DNA of 43,537 nucleotides from a bacterium (GTDB taxonomy: Bacteria > Patescibacteriota > Minisyncoccia > UBA6257 > GWB1-50-10), in NCBI GenBank assembly GCA_021815205.1, contig JAKAHD010000002.1, positions 1 to 43,537 on the forward strand, given 5' to 3'. Positions 17,932 to 26,381 of the stretch are shown here, in pieces (the stretch's first letter is position 1; each line of letters opens with the position of its first letter). A model generated the notes under the pieces. That model made no database searches. It saw only the letters and a list, made by a program, of their open reading frames with translations, and had not been told where the DNA came from. Made by a program: the position numbers and the translations under genes.

Positions 17932-19425
17932 ATGAGAATCACACTCTCCAATTTTCTCCCGAAGGACGTTGTCCGAGTTATTGTAGTAAAAAGCAATATC
18001 GATATCGCGGCGCATCCGTTTTTTAAAGATACCCCGAGAGAAAATAAAAAGTATCTTGAAGCGATCGTGAAACGGTTGGAGAAGGAAAGGGAATTCGCGG
18101 ATATCGTGTTGCTTCCCTTGGGCGGCATGTACGCGCTTCTTATTTCTCTTGACACGAACGCGGCGTGGAGAAGGATGATACTCACAATGCGCAAGGTGAT
18201 CGCGGTGGCGCGGAAGGAGCGCATGAGAAAACTCGCGGTGCGGCTCGAGGATTTTATACCGAGGGGAGATGCCATCGCTCCGGAGATCGTTGCGGAGGTG
18301 ATGGCGCTTCAATTCGAGTTGGCAAACTTCGATTTTGTGGAGCATAAGACCCCGCCCAAAGAGGGATGGAGTTTCGTGCAGGACGCACTGATTTACACGG
18401 ATGAGAAACGGATTCACACAGATATTAAAAAGGGGATTGAGAGGGGGAAAATCATCGGAGAAGAAACAAACAAGGCGCGGCATCTCTCAAACACGCCCGG
18501 GGGGATTATGACGCCGCGGAAACTTGCGGACGCGGCGGCGCGCGCCGGAAAAATCTCGGGGTTCAAAACGAAGATTCTGCAAGAGACGGAGATGCGAAAG
18601 CTCGCAATGGGAGGCGTGATCGGCGTGTCGCAGGGATCGTCGGAGCGCCCGCGATTTATCGTGATGGAATACCTGCCTGCGCAGGCAGGCTCCGGGGGAA
18701 AGAAAAGCGAGAAGCCGGTAGTGCTTGTGGGGAAAGGAGTCACCTTCGATACGGGCGGATTGAATTTGAAACCGACCGAGCACATTTACGAGATGCATAT
18801 GGACATGTCGGGCGGTGCGGCGGTGATCCATACGCTCGCGGCATTGGCAAGAATGAAGGTGAAGCGGAATGTCGTGGGGCTCGTGCCGGCGGTCGAGAAC
18901 ATGCCTTCGGGATCGAGTTATCATCCGGGCGATCTTTTGCGTACGATGTCCGGGAAGACGATCGAGGTTTTAAATACGGATGCGGAGGGAAGGATTATCC
19001 TCGCGGATGCCCTCCATTATGCGAAAAGGTATGACCCCGGCCTTGTGATTGATGTCGCAACACTCACGGGTTCCGCAATGGCCGCCCTGGGCCAGCGCGC
19101 ATCCGCAATCTTTGCGACACACGAAACGACATCGAAACGAATCCGGGAAAGCGGTGAAACAGTAGGGGATTTCGTGTGGCCACTTCCCTTATGGGAGGAG
19201 TATGAGGAAGAGATCCGAGGGACGTTCGGCGATGTGGCGAATGCGGGGAAAACCCGCTACGGCGACGCGGTGAACGCCGCGGTGTTCTTGTGGCAATTTA
19301 TCAAGGGCTGGAACTGGGTGCACTTGGACATCGCGCCGCGCATGACGGCGATCGAGGGCGAGTTCCTCGCGAAAGGCGCCGCGGGCGCAAGCGTCCCGCT
19401 TCTCTCATATTTCTTGAGTCAATAG
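17932..19425 (+). CDS. pepA: Leucyl aminopeptidase (M17)
   Basis: VGKGVTFDTGG, MHMDMSG, NTDAEGR, ATLTG and HLDIA motifs; start at ATG 17932 after TATACT. Confidence 0.95.
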   Translation: MRITLSNFLPKDVVRVIVVKSNIDIAAHPFFKDTPRENKKYLEAIVKRLEKEREFADIVLLPLGGMYALLISLDTNAAWRRMILTMRKVIAVARKERMRKLAVRLEDFIPRGDAIAPEIVAEVMALQFELANFDFVEHKTPPKEGWSFVQDALIYTDEKRIHTDIKKGIERGKIIGEETNKARHLSNTPGGIMTPRKLADAAARAGKISGFKTKILQETEMRKLAMGGVIGVSQGSSERPRFIVMEYLPAQAGSGGKKSEKPVVLVGKGVTFDTGGLNLKPTEHIYEMHMDMSGGAAVIHTLAALARMKVKRNVVGLVPAVENMPSGSSYHPGDLLRTMSGKTIEVLNTDAEGRIILADALHYAKRYDPGLVIDVATLTGSAMAALGQRASAIFATHETTSKRIRESGETVGDFVWPLPLWEEYEEEIRGTFGDVANAGKTRYGDAVNAAVFLWQFIKGWNWVHLDIAPRMTAIEGEFLAKGAAGASVPLLSYFLSQ

Positions 19426-19517
19426 AAGCAAATCACGCAGATGAGACGCAAATACACCCCTCACATAAATACCTATGTGAGAGGTGTATCTGCGTGCGCT
19501 TCTGCGTTATCCGCTTC
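19425..19517. repeat. ACGCAGA-type hairpin with nested CCCCTCACATA hairpin
   Basis: Closely resembles 36113-36227, including the nested cccctcacataaatac(c/t)tatgtgag(a/g)ggt. Confidence 0.8.
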
Positions 19518-19544
19518 TATATACTATGGTGCTATAATAGGGAC

Positions 19545-21407
19545 ATGCCAAGCGAGGGTCTCGACAAAGATGTAGTATATTTCGCACGGACGAATTTCAG
19601 AAATGCGAATCGGCTTTTCGGCATCAAACGGAAAGATCGGCGCCAGCATATGTATGTAATCGGAAAAACAGGCGTCGGAAAGTCCGCGCTTTTGAACAAT
19701 CTTATCGTGCAGGATATCGCGAACGGCGAAGGACTTTGTATCGTCGATCCTCACGGGGAGCTTATTGAGGAGGTCTTGCATAGGATTCCGGAGGAACGCG
19801 TGAAAGACGTAATCTATTTCAATCCCGCCGACACCGATTTCCATCTCGGCTTCAATGTGCTCGAGCTTCCCGATCCGAAGTACAAGCACCTCGTGGCGTC
19901 AGGGCTCATGGGGATATTCACGAAGATCTGGTCGAACGTCTGGTCGGCGAGGATGGAATACATTCTGAATAACGCGATTTTGGCGCTTCTCGATACGCCG
20001 GGCTCGACGCTTTTGGGTATCACGCGGCTTCTGGTCGACAAGGAATATCGAGGGAAAATCGTTTCAAATCTCAAAGACCCCGTCGTGAAGGCATTCTGGG
20101 TGAACGAGTATGAAGAATGGCGTGACCAGTTCAGGAATGAAGCGATCGCGCCCATTCAGAACAAGGTGGGCCAATTTCTCTCGACCTCGGTCGTGCGAAA
20201 CATCGTAGGACAGGCGAAGAGCACATTTGATATTTTCGATATTATGAACACGGGGAAGATTTTCCTCGTGAATGTATCGAAAGGAAGAATAGGAGAAGAT
20301 AATTCGGCGCTCTTAGGAGCCATGCTTATCACGAAGATTCAGCTCTCGGCGATGGAACGCGTGCGCGTTCCCGAAGACGAGCGCGTGGACTTTTTTTTGT
20401 ATGTTGACGAGTTTCAAAACTTCGCGACGGATTCCTTCGCGAGCATTCTCTCCGAGGCGCGAAAATACCGCCTTGATCTGGTACTCGCACACCAATACGT
20501 GGGTCAGCTCGTCACGGACGTTTCAACCAAGGTGCGCGATGCGGTATTTGGAAACGTGGGAACCATAATTGTATTCCGCGTCGGCGCCGCAGATGCGGAG
20601 TTCCTAGAAAAGGAGTTCGAGCCTGAGTTTGTTCCGGAAGATTTTGTGAATCTCCCGAACTATAACGTTTACCTGAAGCTTATGGTGGATGGTGTAACCT
20701 CGCGCCCTTTTTCGGCGCACACGCTTCCGCCCTTTAAGCTTGGTTCCGCGGAAGATAATTCCCAGAAGATTATCGAGTACTCAAGGAAACATTATGCCCG
20801 CCCGCGGTGGGTGGTAGAAGAAGAGATCAATAAATGGACTGGTGTGATGGGATCTACGGAAGGTCAATTTGAGGTAACTTGTTCTTCGTGCGGCAAGCAG
20901 ACGACGGTTCCATTCGAACCCGAAGAGGGGCGGCCGGTCTATTGCAAGGACTGTCTGCAGAAGATAAAGGCGGGGGAGATGAAGCCGGTGCATATTCCGA
21001 GAGGGAACGGCAGTGCGGGATTCGAAAACCGCCCGCAGGCACAGCAGTACGCCGCCCTCGCCGATCTTGGAATAGAGTTTGAAAAGACGCAGGCGGCGCA
21101 GGCGGGCGGCGGAGTACCACAAGGGCATGGCGTGCAGGAAAAGAGGAGCCATGATCGAAGGCCGCCGCGGGAGCATGCACGGGAACAAAGAACGCCGGTT
21201 CGAGAGAAACCTTCCACAACATTCGACGAAGAATCAATAGTCGCGTCTTCCGCGGAGACTCCCACACTCTCACTGCATGCGCTCGAATCGTCGTCTCCCG
21301 CAATATCTGCGGAAAAAAAAGAAGTGCCCTCCAAACATCCGTTGGATGTCGAGGGGTTACGTGACGCTCTGAAGGATGCGTTGGAAAAGATAAAGAGAGA
21401 GGAATAG
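19545..21407 (+). CDS. TraD/VirD4-like ATPase, paralog 2, with C-terminal CxxC-x17-CxxC zinc ribbon and disordered tail
   Basis: GKTGVGKS, DPHG, YVDEFQNF, SEARKY; CSSCGKQTTVPFEPEEGRPVYCKDC; start ATG 19545. Confidence 0.88.
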   Translation: MPSEGLDKDVVYFARTNFRNANRLFGIKRKDRRQHMYVIGKTGVGKSALLNNLIVQDIANGEGLCIVDPHGELIEEVLHRIPEERVKDVIYFNPADTDFHLGFNVLELPDPKYKHLVASGLMGIFTKIWSNVWSARMEYILNNAILALLDTPGSTLLGITRLLVDKEYRGKIVSNLKDPVVKAFWVNEYEEWRDQFRNEAIAPIQNKVGQFLSTSVVRNIVGQAKSTFDIFDIMNTGKIFLVNVSKGRIGEDNSALLGAMLITKIQLSAMERVRVPEDERVDFFLYVDEFQNFATDSFASILSEARKYRLDLVLAHQYVGQLVTDVSTKVRDAVFGNVGTIIVFRVGAADAEFLEKEFEPEFVPEDFVNLPNYNVYLKLMVDGVTSRPFSAHTLPPFKLGSAEDNSQKIIEYSRKHYARPRWVVEEEINKWTGVMGSTEGQFEVTCSSCGKQTTVPFEPEEGRPVYCKDCLQKIKAGEMKPVHIPRGNGSAGFENRPQAQQYAALADLGIEFEKTQAAQAGGGVPQGHGVQEKRSHDRRPPREHAREQRTPVREKPSTTFDEESIVASSAETPTLSLHALESSSPAISAEKKEVPSKHPLDVEGLRDALKDALEKIKREE

Positions 21408-21455
21408 AGCCCTTCCATTTTAGAAGACTAACGTGGGTCGGGTAAGCGTGCTGGG

Positions 21456-22031
21456 TTAGTTTTTCTCCACTCGCTCGATATACTCTCCAGTCGAGGTATT
21501 GACTCGTACCACATCTCCTTCGTTTACGAAGAGGGGGACGTTTACTTTTGCTCCTGTTTCGAGCGTCGCGAGTTTCGTGCCGCCCTGTGCGGTATTGCCC
21601 TTGATTGCGGGAGGCGCCTCGGTAACCTTCAAATCTATTTTAATCGGGAGTTCGATGTTGATAATCCTTTCCTCGAATGTGTCGGCGGTGACGTCCGTAT
21701 TCGCTTTCAGGAACTGCACGCCCTCGCCGATCGCTTCCGCGGGAAGCTGAAATCGATTTTTCGGGTTACCCGCTTCATGAAACCAGTACTGGCCGCGATT
21801 CTCATAGATGAACTTCACGGGCGTCTGGGTAATCTCCGCTTCCTCGAAAGTATCATTCACGTGCGCGGTGAATTCCTGCACCTTGCCGCTTATGAGGTTC
21901 TTGATCTTGAGCTGGGCAACCGGTTTCCTCTGCTGCATGCGGATGAACGCGTATTCCAGTACGCGAAACGGAGCCCCGTCTTTCACGAATACCGTGCCGA
22001 TTTTAAGTTCGTTATAGGATAGGCGAGACAT
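21456..22031 (-). CDS. efp: Elongation factor P
   Basis: KGNTAQGGTKLATLETGAKVNVPLFVNEGDVVRVNTSTGEYIER C-terminal signature; 191 aa. Confidence 0.95.
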   Translation of the reverse strand: MSRLSYNELKIGTVFVKDGAPFRVLEYAFIRMQQRKPVAQLKIKNLISGKVQEFTAHVNDTFEEAEITQTPVKFIYENRGQYWFHEAGNPKNRFQLPAEAIGEGVQFLKANTDVTADTFEERIINIELPIKIDLKVTEAPPAIKGNTAQGGTKLATLETGAKVNVPLFVNEGDVVRVNTSTGEYIERVEKN

Positions 22032-22343
22032 AAGTTAAAAATCAAAATCAGAATTTCAAATACCAAATCAATGTTTAAAATCTAAATAACAAAACAGGCA
22101 TTTTTGATATTTGGCATTTGAGCTTTAACATTTCGTCTTATTCTATTGAAAAATCGAAAAGATTTCAAGAGAAAGGGCGTTCGCCCCTTTTGACTTGTGT
22201 GCTCGGTAATGCAAAACACTTCGTGTGTTGCATTCCGCTCGCTGCGCTGCGTCAATGATGCATCTGCAATATTCGCTTCACCCGTCGCCCCTATTCTCGC
22301 CGCTTGCGGCGAGGCATTCGGTGGGTGCACAATAATCAGTGCA

Positions 22344-23621
22344 GTGAAGAAAAAAGTAAAAAGAGTTCACTCTGATTTATCCCAAGCGCAGTCGAGGGAG
22401 CGAAGTCGACCCCTCGACAAAACTCGGGGCAAAAGAGTGTTTGTCGGCATGTCCGGCGGAGTCGATTCCTCAGTCGCCGCATATCTTTTGAAGGAACAGG
22501 GCTACGACGTCGTGGGTGTCTTTATTATGGGCTATAACGTCGACGGATGCGCGGAGCGCGATGCGGAGGACGCGCGGCGCGTGGCGGGGTATCTCGACAT
22601 TCCTTTTTATGTGTTTGATTTTGGGAAGGAGTATAAAAAGAAGGTGGTGGAGTATATGATCGACGGATACCGAAAGGGAATCACGCCGAACCCCGACGTG
22701 ATATGCAACAAGGAAATAAAATTCGGATTATTCCTTGAAAAAGCGCGCGAGATGGGCGCGGATTACATCGCAACCGGCCATTATGTAAGGCTACGAAATA
22801 CGAAAAAGTACGAATATACGAAAACGAAAGCGTGGAGTAATTCGTATATTCGTAATCAATTCGTATTTCGTAGTATGTATCAAGCGAAGGACAAGAATAA
22901 AGATCAGTCATACTTCCTCTGGACGCTTACACAAGAGCAACTCAAATACTGTCTCTTTCCGATCGGGGAGTATACGAAACCGAGGGTGAGGGGAATCGCG
23001 AGGAATGCGGGACTTCCGACCGCGGAGAAAAAAGATTCGCAAGGTATTTGTTTTTTAGGACAGGTGTCCATCAAGGATTTCTTGAAGGAATACATCCCCA
23101 CGCACGAAGGAGCGGTCGTGACCGCGGACGGAATGCGGGTGGGAACGCACGAAGGCGCGGAGTTCTACACTATTGGCCAGCGCCACGGTCTGAATTTGGG
23201 AATTAAGAATAAAGAATTAGGGATAACAGGGAAGATGGAAACGAAGGCGCATTATGTGGCGGAAAAAGATGTGAAGCATAATACGATCATGGTGGCGGAA
23301 GGGGATAATAATCCATTGCTTGAAAAGAAGGAGGTTATAATCACGAATGTAAATTTCATAACCGCGACGCCCCACGAGGACGATTTGAAAAGAGGAGTTA
23401 CCGTGTACGCGAGAATCCGCTACCGCCAGCCGCTCGTCGAAGCGACGCTCATTGCCACCGATGGTAAAAAGACGCGTGCGGATAGATATCAGCATCAATC
23501 AGCGTCATCAGCATCAATCAGCGTCAAATTTTCGAAACCGATAAAATTTGTCGCACCGGGCCAGTCCGCGGTGTTTTATTCGAAGAAAGGAAGGGTACTT
23601 GGAGGAGGAGTTATTATCTAA
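22344..23621 (+). CDS. mnmA: tRNA 2-thiouridine(34) synthase MnmA with several in-frame insertions
   Basis: MSGGVDSS, TPNPDVICNKEIKF, ATGHY, KDQSYFL, KKDSQGICF, YTIGQR, RIRYRQ and APGQSAVFY; probable start GTG 22344. Confidence 0.95.
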   Translation: MKKKVKRVHSDLSQAQSRERSRPLDKTRGKRVFVGMSGGVDSSVAAYLLKEQGYDVVGVFIMGYNVDGCAERDAEDARRVAGYLDIPFYVFDFGKEYKKKVVEYMIDGYRKGITPNPDVICNKEIKFGLFLEKAREMGADYIATGHYVRLRNTKKYEYTKTKAWSNSYIRNQFVFRSMYQAKDKNKDQSYFLWTLTQEQLKYCLFPIGEYTKPRVRGIARNAGLPTAEKKDSQGICFLGQVSIKDFLKEYIPTHEGAVVTADGMRVGTHEGAEFYTIGQRHGLNLGIKNKELGITGKMETKAHYVAEKDVKHNTIMVAEGDNNPLLEKKEVIITNVNFITATPHEDDLKRGVTVYARIRYRQPLVEATLIATDGKKTRADRYQHQSASSASISVKFSKPIKFVAPGQSAVFYSKKGRVLGGGVII

Positions 23622-23652
23622 CACAATCTTGGAAACGAACGGCTCATTCTAA

Positions 23653-23692
23653 GGGTGTCCAACCTCCTTAATTTTAAGGAGGTTGGACACCC
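23653..23692. repeat. REP-like hairpin with 19-bp perfect arms
   Basis: gggtgtccaacctccttaa-tt-ttaaggaggttggacaccc. Confidence 0.9.
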
Positions 23693-23788
23693 ATAGCATT
23701 TTTGGTTTATCAGTTATCAGAGCGCGGCTCTGATAATTTTGTGGATATCTTTTGAGGAAATGGTGTTTTCTCATTCTATAATAGGAAT

Positions 23789-25270
23789 GTGCCTGCATAC
23801 AATGTGTTCTTCTACGGCGCACTGTTTTTTCTCACGGGGGTTCTCGGAGCGAGCGTAGCATTGCACTCCTCAATACTTATCATTGTCGCCGCGTGTGCCG
23901 CGGTATTTTTATTCGTATGGCGCTCGAAGAAAGAAAAACGGTTTGTGTGGCTTGCAGGACTGTCGCTCTTTACGGTTGCGGGAGCGATGTATTATACGGG
24001 ATTCACCGCGAAGCGTTTTTCGGAGCCCGCTTCGGGAACGCAGATAAAATTCAGCGGGACGGTTGTCGAGAACCCGGAGATAAAAGATGCGTCGCAGGCG
24101 ATCGTGCTCAAAGCAATTAATGGAGAATATAAAGGCGCGCGCTTTCTGCTCACGACGGATCGCTCTCCCGCGTACCATTACGGAGATGTGCTTGAAATAT
24201 CGGGAAGCATAGGGGCGCCGATCTCCGATCCCTTCGATGCATATCTTGCAAAAGAGCGTATTGTTGCCGCGATACGATTCCCCGCGATTACGCGTGCCGG
24301 GGAACACAAAGGATCGGCAATAAGGGAGTACTTGTTTTCGTTCCGCGAGCGCGTGCTTGCTTCCTTTAATTCCTTTCTTCCGCAGGAGCAGGCAGCGTTT
24401 TTGGGCGGGCTTACCTTGGGAGACAAGACCGGGTTTTCAAAAGAATTCACCGCGGCGATGCAAGGGAGCGGGACGACGCATCTCGTGGCGCTCTCGGGAT
24501 ACAACATCACGATTATCGTACTTGCCGCGATGTCGCTCTTCCTTCTTTTTTTTGGCAGAAAGGCGGCACTCCTCCTCACCGCACTCGTGATCGTCGGGTT
24601 TGTCGTTATGACGGGCGTCGAAGCTTCCGTCGTGCGCGCCGCGATCATGGGAGTATTGATTCTTATTGCGAAAGAAGAGGGAAGAGTATTTGATGTACGA
24701 AATGTCGTCGTATGCGCCGGACTTATCATGGTGCTTTTAAATCCCCGGATTCTCGTGTTCGATGTGGGATTCGAACTCTCGTTCCTTGCGTTTTTCGGTA
24801 TCGTGTATCTGGAGCCGGCATTGCAGCGCGCGGTGGTGTTTTTCAGAAAAGAAGGCGCGCTTTCGTGGAGAAAGAATCTTCTCACAACCTCCGCGGCGCA
24901 GATTATGGTCTTGCCCGTACTCTTCGGTTCGTTCGGTTCGTTCTCTCCACTCTCGCTCCTCTCAAATATGCTGATTCTCGAATGTGTCCCTATCACGATG
25001 GCACTAGGATTTGCGGCGGGGGCGCTCGCTTCGATCTCATACTATGCGGGGCTTGCGGCGAGCTGGTTCGTCGCACCACTTCTCTACTTCGAGACGGGGC
25101 TCATCAAGTTTTTCGGAAATCTCGGTGCGGTGCTTCAAGCGCCGATGCATTGGAGTGTCGCAGTAGTCTATTACATAGGGGTTGGGTATTTTATATGGAG
25201 GATAAACAGGAATGAGAGCAATGAAGATAAATATCCTGAAAATGCCAAATCACAAATGCCAAATCAATGA
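23789..25270 (+). CDS. comEC: ComEC/Rec2 competence membrane protein (OB-fold plus Competence domain)
   Basis: GTTHLVALSGYN, SVVRAAIMG and DVGFELSFLA motifs; multiple TM helices. Confidence 0.92.
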   Translation: MPAYNVFFYGALFFLTGVLGASVALHSSILIIVAACAAVFLFVWRSKKEKRFVWLAGLSLFTVAGAMYYTGFTAKRFSEPASGTQIKFSGTVVENPEIKDASQAIVLKAINGEYKGARFLLTTDRSPAYHYGDVLEISGSIGAPISDPFDAYLAKERIVAAIRFPAITRAGEHKGSAIREYLFSFRERVLASFNSFLPQEQAAFLGGLTLGDKTGFSKEFTAAMQGSGTTHLVALSGYNITIIVLAAMSLFLLFFGRKAALLLTALVIVGFVVMTGVEASVVRAAIMGVLILIAKEEGRVFDVRNVVVCAGLIMVLLNPRILVFDVGFELSFLAFFGIVYLEPALQRAVVFFRKEGALSWRKNLLTTSAAQIMVLPVLFGSFGSFSPLSLLSNMLILECVPITMALGFAAGALASISYYAGLAASWFVAPLLYFETGLIKFFGNLGAVLQAPMHWSVAVVYYIGVGYFIWRINRNESNEDKYPENAKSQMPNQ

Positions 25271-25470
25271 CGAAATCCGAAGCACGAAATCCGAAATCCG
25301 AAACAAATTCTAAATTATAATGCACTAATGACGAAAACCGTACTTCTTGTCATTCGTCGCTTCGGACATTCGTGCTTGTTTTGGATTTCGATATTCGTAT
25401 TTCGAATTTAATGTGATGTTCGTTCTTTGTCTCCCTACGGGAGATGTCCCCAAGGAACAGATTTTGAAAT
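25240..25470. repeat. Heptamer hairpin element plus TCTCCCTACGGGAGA palindrome between the ComEC halves
   Basis: aaatccgaagcacgaaatccgaaatccgaaac...gttttggatttcgatattcgtatttcgaattt; the left part is translated as the ComEC tail (NAKSQMPNQ). Confidence 0.75.
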
Positions 25471-25471
25471 C

Positions 25472-26350
25472 ATGCCCATCGTTCCCCAAGAAGTGTTCAA
25501 GTACATCGAGCGGAAATCGGGAAGATTTATTCTCATCTTCCTTCTCCTTCTTGTGCTTTGTGTGTGGCTCCTCGTGCGCATCACGCAGGCGGATCAAAAA
25601 GATCTCGCCATGTACTTTCTGCCCGTGGGGCAGGGGGACAGCGAGCTTGTGATCTTGCCCGGAGGCGCGAAGATCTTGATTGACGGGGGACCACCAACAC
25701 TCAATACGGTCCGCGCCTTGGACAAGGTGCTTCCCGAAGGCACGCGCACGATCGATGCCGTCATAATGACACACCCCCAGCTTGATCATTATGGCGGTCT
25801 TATTGACGTCGCGAGGCGGTACCAGATCGGTATATTTGTTTCAAACGGATTCTCCTCCGGTTTGGGTTCGTTCAGCGAACTGCAGTCGCTCCTTAAAGCG
25901 CACAAGGTGCCGCAGATCATTTTGCATAAAGGGGACGCGATCCGCTACGCCTCGAGTACGTTGCTCGTGCTCGCGCCTCCCGTGGAAATAAAGAGTGTTG
26001 CCGATCCAAACGAGGCGGCAATTCTCTTGGAGCTCTTCTCGAAGAACACGACGGCGCTCTTTATGAGCGATGCGACCGCAGAGATGGAACAGGATGTCGC
26101 AAAGCAAGCGGGGCCGGTGGATGTACTCAAGGTAAGCCATCACGGGTCGAAGTATTCCTCCACGGAGTATTTTCTCCGCGCAACATCACCCACAATTGCC
26201 GCGATCGAGGTCGGAAAGAACACGTACGGCCATCCCACGCCGCAAACACTCGCGCGTCTCAAGGCAGTCGGCGCAAAAATATTTCGCACGGATAAGGACG
26301 GGCTCATCATGATCCGAAGCGACGGAACAAGTATCACGGTTTTGAAATGA
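25472..26350 (+). CDS. ComEC-type metallo-beta-lactamase-fold hydrolase
   Basis: VGQGDS, LIDGG, THPQLDHYGG, LKVSHHGS, YGHP and RTDKDG motifs. Confidence 0.9.
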   Translation: MPIVPQEVFKYIERKSGRFILIFLLLLVLCVWLLVRITQADQKDLAMYFLPVGQGDSELVILPGGAKILIDGGPPTLNTVRALDKVLPEGTRTIDAVIMTHPQLDHYGGLIDVARRYQIGIFVSNGFSSGLGSFSELQSLLKAHKVPQIILHKGDAIRYASSTLLVLAPPVEIKSVADPNEAAILLELFSKNTTALFMSDATAEMEQDVAKQAGPVDVLKVSHHGSKYSSTEYFLRATSPTIAAIEVGKNTYGHPTPQTLARLKAVGAKIFRTDKDGLIMIRSDGTSITVLK

Positions 26351-26381
26351 GCCGACTCCTGTGGTAAAATTGAGCCGACGT

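Noticed and set aside
13522-21407. Integrative conjugative element or prophage
   Set aside because: No integrase, relaxase, VirB scaffold or phage structural genes; interspersed with cutA, pepA and efp at host-like composition.
22197-22343. Long N-terminal extensions from the ORF track (mnmA 22197, tgt 5380, pepA 17821, ATPase 19290, 14796, 25427, 39473)
   Set aside because: They run through repeats, terminators or upstream genes; downstream starts fit homology and -10 or RBS placement better.
23789-26350. comEC as a pseudogene broken by the repeat element
   Set aside because: Both halves are intact ORFs with their motifs, and separately encoded Competence and MBL domains are a known arrangement.
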